A DNA stretch of 24,462 bases from a virus (taxonomy: Duplodnaviria > Caudoviricetes), in the IMG/VR virus record IMGVR_UViG_3300037704_000061, positions 1 through 24,462 of that record; one strand, given 5' to 3'. Each line of letters begins with the position of its first letter. The first letter of the stretch is position 1. The notes beneath the pieces were generated by a model. It worked only from the letters and a program-made list of their open reading frames with translations. It was not told where the DNA came from and ran no database searches. The position numbers and the translations under genes were made by a program. Positions 1 through 5,803 of the stretch are shown one piece after another.

Positions 1-2
1 CA

Positions 3-89
3 GCTACCCAAAAGGAAGCCGTCTTGCGATCCAGTATCAAGCAACTTTTAAAAGAAGTACTGCAAGAAATGGAGCAAAACAATGAGTGA
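3..89 (+). CDS. 3' end of an upstream gene, truncated by the window edge
   Basis: Open frame ATQKEAVLRSSIKQLLKEVLQEMEQNNE*; its stop overlaps the next ATG (ATGAGTGA, 82-89), typical of translational coupling. Confidence 0.6.
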   Translation, partial: ATQKEAVLRSSIKQLLKEVLQEMEQNNE

Positions 90-348
90 ACCCGAAAAAA
101 CCTATGCAAACGCCTTTAGGTCTTCAGTGAACCAGAACCAAAAGGATGTTTTAGACGCTGTTTATTTAATTCAAGATGAAGTTTTCGACAAAGTGTTAGC
201 TATGACCGGAAGCCTAAAGGGCGCGGAAGGGTTGGACATGAGATTTTTTTCTATCTGGGCGACTCACATGGAAGAAGGTTTTATGGCACTTAGAAAGGCA
301 ATCTCTCAGCCAAAGGGTAGGCTCAGAGCAAACGGCGAACTAGCATAG
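82..348 (+). CDS. Acb2/Tad1-like helical-hairpin protein, putative cyclic-oligonucleotide sponge (anti-CBASS-like)
   Basis: 88 aa; C-terminal DMRFFSIWATHMEEGFMALRKAISQP resembles the Acb2 pattern [24 protein letters not shown] (recalled); GGAG SD upstream. Confidence 0.6.
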   Translation: MSEPEKTYANAFRSSVNQNQKDVLDAVYLIQDEVFDKVLAMTGSLKGAEGLDMRFFSIWATHMEEGFMALRKAISQPKGRLRANGELA

Positions 349-356
349 CATATCAC

Positions 357-411
357 TTTCACGGCTAACGTCATTTTGTGAAGTCGTGACGTTAGCCGTG
401 AAAATTTTTTT
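357..411 (+). terminator. Intrinsic terminator with a 17-bp perfect stem
   Basis: TTTCACGGCTAACGTCA (357-373) / TGACGTTAGCCGTGAAA (387-403), followed by a T7 run (405-411). Confidence 0.8.
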
Positions 412-512
412 ATCAGCGAACAAGAAGGGTGGTTATGAAAAATAGTCAAAAAACATTTTAGTTTTCGTTAAATCAAATTACTATTTTTATAAACAGTATA
501 AAGAGTTACATC

Positions 513-734
513 GTGAAGCTAGAACACCGAGACATAACGCTTGCGCTTCCTTCTAAGAAGCTAACCCCCGATGAAATGGAGGATATTACTATCCGGTTCA
601 AATATGCGGTTGATAAGCTGTATAAAGAGTGTGGCGACAGTAACGCGGTACTATGGGTATTACACTATGAAGCGGGGAACACATGGACGAAAGTTCTAAG
701 CTACTTGCGTGGTTTGCGGCTGGCTGCGCTGTAA
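513..734 (+). CDS. Hypothetical protein, 73 aa
   Basis: ORF with GTG start and weak SD; its 3' end overlaps the convergent gene 701-1057. Confidence 0.5.
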   Translation: MKLEHRDITLALPSKKLTPDEMEDITIRFKYAVDKLYKECGDSNAVLWVLHYEAGNTWTKVLSYLRGLRLAAL

Positions 735-1057
735 TCACGGTCGCTTTTATTATCTACCTCATTAAGCGAATGGACTGACCGCCTAGGGTGATGGTGCATC
801 CTTGCCCCGTGGATATGTAAATCTACTTCCAGGTTTTCGCCGGACGAATCAGATCGCGGGTTATCATTATCAGGAGCTACAGGACGCGCTAGGGCTTCTG
901 GTCTTGCTTCGCGCGGTTCGACTCGTAGAACGGCAACCGCACCCGCTAGACAGATTGTTGATAAGGCGATCAAAGGCGGCACGAATGCAGCCCCTATCCC
1001 GAAGCCGATCCCCGCGACAATCAAAGTAGCAAACGCTGCCTTCTTATATCTGCTCAT
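701..1057 (-). CDS. Membrane protein (N-terminal hydrophobic hairpin, disordered His/Arg-rich tail), moron-like
   Basis: Hydrophobic aa 7-43; G-run SD about 7 nt before ATG; own promoter immediately upstream. Confidence 0.7.
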   Translation of the reverse strand: MSRYKKAAFATLIVAGIGFGIGAAFVPPLIALSTICLAGAVAVLRVEPREARPEALARPVAPDNDNPRSDSSGENLEVDLHIHGARMHHHPRRSVHSLNEVDNKSDRDYSAASRKPRK

Positions 1058-1074
1058 GACTCAGCCCCCCTGTT

Positions 1075-1104
1075 ATTCTATGAGTATGGACAATTTATCA
1101 GCAA
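1075..1104 (-). promoter_or_regulatory. sigma70-type promoter for 701-1057
   Basis: TTGCTG-18 nt-TAGAAT on the minus strand, with AT-rich sequence upstream. Confidence 0.5.
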
Positions 1105-1181
1105 AAATCTGGGGAACTCAAAAAATTTGGAAACTAGTTAAGTTGCTAGATAAAATGGCGATTCCCTGTCACTGTTCCCTA

Positions 1182-1190
1182 TGCTATAAT
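1182..1190 (+). promoter_or_regulatory. Extended -10 promoter upstream of terS
   Basis: TGcTATAAT about 46 nt upstream of the terS ATG; no good -35. Confidence 0.55.
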
Positions 1191-1236
1191 TTGACCAACT
1201 CAGAACATCTGAACCCCACAAAAGGATTTTGTGTAA

Positions 1237-1788
1237 ATGGTGGCGACAAAGTACACCAAGGAAATGCCCAAGAAGTTGATCACGATGTTTACCAAGGGCG
1301 AGAGTAGGGCGCATTTTTGCGCTAGCCTTAGTATCTCTAAAGCCACATTTAGCGCGTGGCTAATCGCTTACCCAGAGTTTGCGGAAGCCTACGAGGTAGC
1401 CAGAGAGAAAGCGCAAACATGGTACTTAGACAAAGCAGCAGCCCACATAGAAGAAGAAAGCGACCCAGACGGCCCCACCACCAAGCTCAACACTACTTTA
1501 TGGTCAATGATTATGCGTAACCGGTTTGATTTTACCGAGCATCGCAAGCTTAAGATACCAGGACTTGCTAAGTCTCGAAACTTCGTTGAGCAAATGCAGG
1601 CCATACTCACCGAGCTTGGAAACGGGAATTTGACCGCCTCTGAAGCTACGCAGCTATCCAAACTTGTGGAAGTGGGTATAAAAGTATTTGAGGTTACCGA
1701 GCTTGAGCGCAGAGTGGCGCAGATTGAGCAGGGGCAGCGAATTGGCGCGTCTGATGGTGAGTTTAAACTGGAAGCTGAGAAAGTTTAA
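1237..1788 (+). CDS. terS: Terminase small subunit (Sf6/P22-like HTH plus oligomerisation helices) with a C-terminal helical extension
   Basis: TKY..EM...LI...GES...CA.L.ISKATF..W...YPEFAEAY..ARE and NT.LW...M.NRF are typical of small terminases; AAGGA SD. Confidence 0.75.
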   Translation: MVATKYTKEMPKKLITMFTKGESRAHFCASLSISKATFSAWLIAYPEFAEAYEVAREKAQTWYLDKAAAHIEEESDPDGPTTKLNTTLWSMIMRNRFDFTEHRKLKIPGLAKSRNFVEQMQAILTELGNGNLTASEATQLSKLVEVGIKVFEVTELERRVAQIEQGQRIGASDGEFKLEAEKV

Positions 1789-1792
1789 TTAA

Positions 1793-1870
1793 GTGCCGGT
1801 TTATTTTGTTTCGAGTTCCCGGCTTCGAGTGCTTCCTGAACACTTTGCCGAGTCAGGGCAAGATCGGCAC
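1793..1870 (+). other. Long imperfect RNA hairpin directly after terS
   Basis: GTGCCGGTTT...AGATCGGCAC outer stem with G-U pairs; inner CGGC/GCCG and AGTG/CACT stems; followed by TTTATTT. Confidence 0.45.
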
Positions 1871-1907
1871 CGTTTATTTCACCGGATTTGAGTTTATTAT
1901 ATCAGGT

Positions 1908-1943
1908 CTAGGCGCTGGGTTCATGGGCAGCGCCTAGGGTTTT
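1908..1943. terminator. Hairpin terminator between convergent transcription units
   Basis: CTAGGCGCTG (1908-1917) / CAGCGCCTAG (1928-1937) 10-bp stem, then GGTTTT. Confidence 0.7.
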
Positions 1944-1951
1944 AGTATAGG

Positions 1952-2140
1952 TTATAGGGTCACTTCTTCCTTAGCGCAAAACCTGACAATACGATTTGTG
2001 AGGATTTGAAAGTCCGCTAAAATCGCGACTACTTCCCGCCCGTCTTCGTCTTGCTCATCGGTTGCCCCCACTCCATCCGAAAAATGGGAAGCTGCCCAAC
2101 GTAGGTTATCTAATATGCCGCTTATGTCTCTTGATTTCAT
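1952..2140 (-). CDS. Small acidic hypothetical protein, 62 aa
   Basis: Strong SD AGGAG 8 nt before ATG; second gene of the LPD29 island. Confidence 0.7.
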   Translation of the reverse strand: MKSRDISGILDNLRWAASHFSDGVGATDEQDEDGREVVAILADFQILTNRIVRFCAKEEVTL

Positions 2141-2154
2141 TCTGATTACTCCTG

Positions 2155-2182
2155 TTCGTTGTTAAAATTTCGTTGTTAAAAT
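2155..2182. repeat. Perfect 14-bp tandem repeat (TTCGTTGTTAAAAT x2)
   Basis: Copies at 2155-2168 and 2169-2182, intergenic, just upstream of an RBS. Confidence 0.9.
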
Positions 2183-2186
2183 AGGT

Positions 2187-2648
2187 TTAATACTTCATCA
2201 TTTCATCTGAATAGCCGTTAGTTAGGTCAATATCCCCTAGCTTGCGTCTTATTTCCTGCCGTACTGTGTAGCCCGATCCGTTGTGCATTTTCCAATCATC
2301 GATTGTTTCGGCGTGCATGGCTGTATCCCAATAAGTGCGTACAAAGGTAAAGGCGGCCTGGTATATATCTTCGCTAATGTCGCGGTCTGCAAAGACATAT
2401 TTTGATTGCGGTAGATCATCACGCGAGTTTGAATTGTGGTAGAGGTCTTCCATGCCGTCAAAATGTCCGTATTGGTATTTTTTAATAACATCGTTTACGG
2501 CATCATAAGTAGGGCCATTAACCCAGCTAGCCCTAACTGAGCAGCCCATGCTATAGCCTTTAGAAGTCACCGAAAATTTGGTGAGGGGGAAAAGTTGCTT
2601 TAGCTCTTTACGAATCATTTGGGCGGCTTTGGCATAATCGTTTTTCAT
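2187..2648 (-). CDS. LPD29 (large polyvalent protein-associated domain 29) protein
   Basis: AAQMIRKELKQLFP.TKFSV.S..YSMG.SV..SW.NGPT...V...Y..G.FDGMEDLY...YVF..R motif; true start likely ATG 2648 (MKNDY), with GAGG SD. Confidence 0.75.
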   Translation of the reverse strand: MKNDYAKAAQMIRKELKQLFPLTKFSVTSKGYSMGCSVRASWVNGPTYDAVNDVIKKYQYGHFDGMEDLYHNSNSRDDLPQSKYVFADRDISEDIYQAAFTFVRTYWDTAMHAETIDDWKMHNGSGYTVRQEIRRKLGDIDLTNGYSDEMMKY

Positions 2649-2683
2649 TGTCTTTTGTCCTCGTTGTTTCTGAATACAAGGCC

Positions 2684-2712
2684 ATAATAACAAACAATAT
2701 TAACTTATGCAA
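2684..2712 (-). promoter_or_regulatory. Strong sigma70 promoter for the LPD29 island
   Basis: TTGCAT-17 nt-TATTAT with TGn extension and an AT-rich UP-like tract at about 2720-2745. Confidence 0.75.
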
Positions 2713-2735
2713 CAGTTATGATCATTTATTTTAAA

Positions 2736-4148
2736 TTATTTTATAAGGGGGTATTTCGGCATGTTATTAGTAGAGTAGTCTTTGTCTCGCTTAGGCTGCC
2801 GGTAGCGTGCGTATTCCTTTTGCTGAACTAGGCGCGGCTTATTGTAAGTGTCTAACCAGCCCACGTGACCATATTGAAAGGCCGCTGAAGCATGGCTTGC
2901 CCAGTCGTGAACCTCGTCAGACGTGAAGGCCCGGCGGTTTTCATCCCATCCAGAGCGAGAAACCTCTAAGGCTGCCAGGCCATGCTTGCAACTGACTTCA
3001 TCGAACCAGCATTGTTTAAACGCAATCCTTGCCACCTCTACGCGCTCAATGACGCGCAGCTTTGGCACTGGGGTAACATGTATCCCTTTCTGTTCCATCG
3101 TCAGCCTACGGGTCTTGTTGCTCGTATACTCTACGTTGGTAACGTCATGGGGTAAGAAGTGATGGCCGTAGCGCTCGAACTTGTACTTTTTCTGTATCTC
3201 TAGGAGCTTTTGAACGTAAAAGTCTGTGTCTTGGTAGTTGTGGTCTTCTTGGTGAATGTATCGGAACTGGGCAGCGTCACCCACGCCGACCACCTGAAAC
3301 CACCATATCGCGTTAGTGTCACGGCTTCCAATATCCCAGGACGTGTGAACCGGCAGCTTTGGGTAAACCTGGATTGCCTTTACTATGCGCCCCTGGTTTC
3401 GAGCGTCCGCAATCTGAGAGGCAAAAAACGTGCCTTTAATGGCGACCGTCTCATCGCAATAGTATTCTTGCTGTATTAGTTCCTCGTCCATGCCGCTGTC
3501 ACGTTCTTCCTGGACTTCCTCGGGGCTAAAGATATAGTTACCCTCATTGTCGCGTGTCTGGTCGACAGTGAGCTTGAGACAATGCCAAGCTGGGTTATTT
3601 TTATTTTGCTCAAAGAGGCGGTAGGCGTGGCCCTTACCAAATGCCGTGTAATTGAAGGCAGCAAAGCCCTTGCTACGCTTGAGGATTGGGCGCAAGTAAT
3701 CCCAGATACGGGGGTGTGTTTTGTGAAATTCGGACATAAATAGGCCGCGCAAGTTACTTCCTAGGTGCATGTTTAGGATATTATCCGCGCCGGTGACGTG
3801 AAGTAAGCCCCCAGACGTGAAGTAAAGCTTGCAACTGGTATTGTTGGGTTCGCGTGCTAGTAGGTGCTTAGGTATGCTGTCGATCCAACGCTGCCCATTT
3901 AAGTCGGTGCCTTCCCAAATGACGTTACGGGCTTGACCGATTTTAGGCAGCGTATAGACGAAGTTACCGGGAATCATGGCCGCCGTAAGCCATGCGGTGT
4001 TAAAAAAAGTGGCATCCTTGCCACCCCTTCGGTGCCACAGTTCGCAAAAGTATTTGTACTGGCCACTGAAGAACGCTTGCATCCATGCTTTTTGGTGCGG
4101 GTAAGCGTTAAAAATATCGTTAAAAAAGTCTATCTCTTTGACTAGCAT
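2736..4148 (-). CDS. terL: Terminase large subunit
   Basis: Walker A WHRRGGKD, Walker B-like LFMSEF, motif III YTAFGKGH, RNase H-like nuclease SWDIG..D, LPHD and HDWASH. Confidence 0.93.
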   Translation of the reverse strand: MLVKEIDFFNDIFNAYPHQKAWMQAFFSGQYKYFCELWHRRGGKDATFFNTAWLTAAMIPGNFVYTLPKIGQARNVIWEGTDLNGQRWIDSIPKHLLAREPNNTSCKLYFTSGGLLHVTGADNILNMHLGSNLRGLFMSEFHKTHPRIWDYLRPILKRSKGFAAFNYTAFGKGHAYRLFEQNKNNPAWHCLKLTVDQTRDNEGNYIFSPEEVQEERDSGMDEELIQQEYYCDETVAIKGTFFASQIADARNQGRIVKAIQVYPKLPVHTSWDIGSRDTNAIWWFQVVGVGDAAQFRYIHQEDHNYQDTDFYVQKLLEIQKKYKFERYGHHFLPHDVTNVEYTSNKTRRLTMEQKGIHVTPVPKLRVIERVEVARIAFKQCWFDEVSCKHGLAALEVSRSGWDENRRAFTSDEVHDWASHASAAFQYGHVGWLDTYNKPRLVQQKEYARYRQPKRDKDYSTNNMPKYPLIK

Positions 4149-4516
4149 ACCGTGATTGTGACAACCGCGCAGCCCTCAGCCACATTGCTTTTACTGTGTC
4201 TCCAGATTGATAGTCGGTCGACCTGGTTATCATCCTCAAACACGCAGGCATGTTGCAGGGCATCGAGCAGCCCTTTAAGTAGGTTGTCTATATCCCGTTT
4301 GCGTTTGTCAGGCGGAAAAGCGTCAATATGAACAGATAGCCGACTATTACCAAACCAATGTAGGTAAGGTCGTGCCAGGTTAGCCACTTCCGAGCGAAAC
4401 GCCTGAGCCTCTTTAGATAGAAACCTACGCTTTCCCCTTGTAATCCAATAATGATTAACACTAACAGGCCAAGGAACAGTAAGCCTAATTCGTTCATTTT
4501 TTGGCGCTGGAATCAC
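4142..4516 (-). CDS. rusA: RusA-family Holliday junction resolvase
   Basis: PWPVSVNHYW and PPDKRKRDIDNLLK.LLDAL....FEDDNQV canonical motifs; GTG start with AAGG SD. Confidence 0.92.
   Translation of the reverse strand: MIPAPKNERIRLTVPWPVSVNHYWITRGKRRFLSKEAQAFRSEVANLARPYLHWFGNSRLSVHIDAFPPDKRKRDIDNLLKGLLDALQHACVFEDDNQVDRLSIWRHSKSNVAEGCAVVTITVC
4288..4497 (-). CDS. Putative holin-like two-TM protein nested in the +1 frame of rusA
   Basis: 69 aa, two hydrophobic segments around a basic loop; ATG overlaps the upstream stop (ATGA); rusA third codon positions strongly T-biased under the TM segments. Confidence 0.6.
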   Translation of the reverse strand: MNELGLLFLGLLVLIIIGLQGESVGFYLKRLRRFARKWLTWHDLTYIGLVIVGYLFILTLFRLTNANGI

Positions 4517-4700
4517 GGGCAGCCTTCTTAGCCTTGCTGAAATCTATGTCAATGCCCTCATCATGTAGGACACTTTCGGCGATTTGTTCGGCTGGCGAGT
4601 CTATGGCATCCGATTTGAAGTAGAAATAACCGCCTACGGCAAAGCACGCAACGATTATAATTAAAGTAACTGGCTCAACTAATCCCTTGAACTTTGTCAT
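4494..4700 (-). CDS. Single-TM membrane protein of the lysis region
   Basis: Likely start MTKFKG at 4700; TM VTLIIIVACFAVGGYFYF followed by acidic DSPAEQIAESVLHDEGIDIDFS; directly after the endolysin. Confidence 0.7.
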   Translation of the reverse strand: MTKFKGLVEPVTLIIIVACFAVGGYFYFKSDAIDSPAEQIAESVLHDEGIDIDFSKAKKAARDSSAKK

Positions 4701-5175
4701 TTTCGATCCATCCTTTGGCATCGTTGTAAGCTTTTACAAACTGGTCGACCGTTCCATCGCCCTTATATGTATTGTAGTGCGCCTTGTAATAGTGTCCGAG
4801 TCCGACCGGATCCATTGCGGTCGGCAGGGGTTCGGGCTGCATCCAATATTTAACACGGGCAATCAAGACATTTAACACCATGTCGGTCATAAGCGTTGAT
4901 TTACGGGTCGGGAAGTGGTCGCGCTCACATTCAAGAAGTATCAAAGTTCGCAATGTTCTTTTGCTGTCTAGGTAGCGCACCACGTCCAAATAGGTAGCCC
5001 ATTCGACTTGTAGAAAGCCTAACGCTGGCCCTTTTGGTAGCTGCATGATATGGGTAAGCTTGGATTCAACTAAGGCGGTGCATGTCATTAAATACAGCGC
5101 CTCAGTCGAATATAGATCGCAAGCAATCAATGAAGGCTTGATGACTTCATGTATATATTGCTGGGGGTTTATCAA
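4675..5175 (-). CDS. Putative endolysin (lysozyme-like/transglycosylase fold)
   Basis: TALVES (catalytic Glu), GPALGFLQVE.AT, ARVKYW..PEPLP and YYKAHYNT..G.GT motifs; TTG start. Confidence 0.75.
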   Translation of the reverse strand: MINPQQYIHEVIKPSLIACDLYSTEALYLMTCTALVESKLTHIMQLPKGPALGFLQVEWATYLDVVRYLDSKRTLRTLILLECERDHFPTRKSTLMTDMVLNVLIARVKYWMQPEPLPTAMDPVGLGHYYKAHYNTYKGDGTVDQFVKAYNDAKGWIENDKVQGIS

Positions 5176-5259
5176 TCAGCAGCCTTTCTTACCCTTTCCG
5201 CCTTTACCTGGCTTCATGGGTGCGCTGCCTTTCATTGGTGCCTTGTTCTTGCCTCTCAT
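5176..5259 (-). CDS. 27-aa Lys/Gly-rich peptide MRGKNKAPMKGSAPMKPGKGGKGKKGC (below the ORF-track cutoff)
   Basis: GGGAG SD 8 nt before ATG; fills the gap between two genes; its TGA abuts the endolysin TTG. Confidence 0.65.
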   Translation of the reverse strand: MRGKNKAPMKGSAPMKPGKGGKGKKGC

Positions 5260-5276
5260 TTCGCATACTCCCTTTG

Positions 5277-5486
5277 CTACTTACCTTTACCATTTAATAC
5301 TTTGTCGGCCTTAGCGTCAATTTTTTTCTTTTCTGCCTCTGAGATATTCCCCTTGTTGTATTGCTGGGAAGCCCTGGCCTTAGCATTTCTAGCGTGCGAT
5401 TTATTTTCGACTGGGTAGGTACGGTCAGGGCCAGCGAATGCCTTAGCGGGTAAGGCGTTCCGTGCTTTTGTGGTTAATTTAGCCAT
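5277..5486 (-). CDS. Small basic protein, DUF6582-like
   Basis: MAKLTTKARNALP...FA.P.R.YP.....HARNA.AR.SQ pattern recurrent in phages; AGGA SD. Confidence 0.75.
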   Translation of the reverse strand: MAKLTTKARNALPAKAFAGPDRTYPVENKSHARNAKARASQQYNKGNISEAEKKKIDAKADKVLNGKGK

Positions 5487-5494
5487 TGTCTTTC

Positions 5495-5794
5495 CTATGC
5501 TGGGGGTGGGTTTGCGTCATTGATTGCTTTGATGGTGTCATAGAAAGACGTAGCCTGCGGTATCTCGCCGCTGTCCATTGCATCCCATAACATTAAGAGC
5601 TGGTCTTGCACGCTGGGATAGGATTCATAGCGTTTTGTTTTGTATAGAACTTTTTTTGTATAATCGGCTACCCATTCATCGAGGGTTGCCTTGTCAGGTA
5701 TAGCTATTTCATAGGGCCATTCGCTAATAACCCCACCCCGTTCGCCTAATCCTTGTCTGTAACCCAGCTTATCGATGACTGCATCTATTAACAT
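5495..5794 (-). CDS. Tail-fibre assembly chaperone-like protein
   Basis: Directly after the fibre; Y...R...YPS..DQL.ML........F...IKAI....P motif. Confidence 0.7.
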   Translation of the reverse strand: MLIDAVIDKLGYRQGLGERGGVISEWPYEIAIPDKATLDEWVADYTKKVLYKTKRYESYPSVQDQLLMLWDAMDSGEIPQATSFYDTIKAINDANPPPA

Positions 5795-5803
5795 TTCAAT
5801 TCC

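Noticed and set aside
435-461. 8-codon ORF MKNSQKTF with a purine-rich upstream sequence
   Set aside because: Too short, in AT-rich DNA, with no independent support
802-1307. Plus-strand ORFs 802-1029 and 1056-1307
   Set aside because: They overlap the better-supported 701-1057 gene, the divergent promoters and terS
2649-2693. N-terminal extension of the LPD29 ORF call
   Set aside because: It overlaps the promoter -10 box; the SD supports ATG 2648
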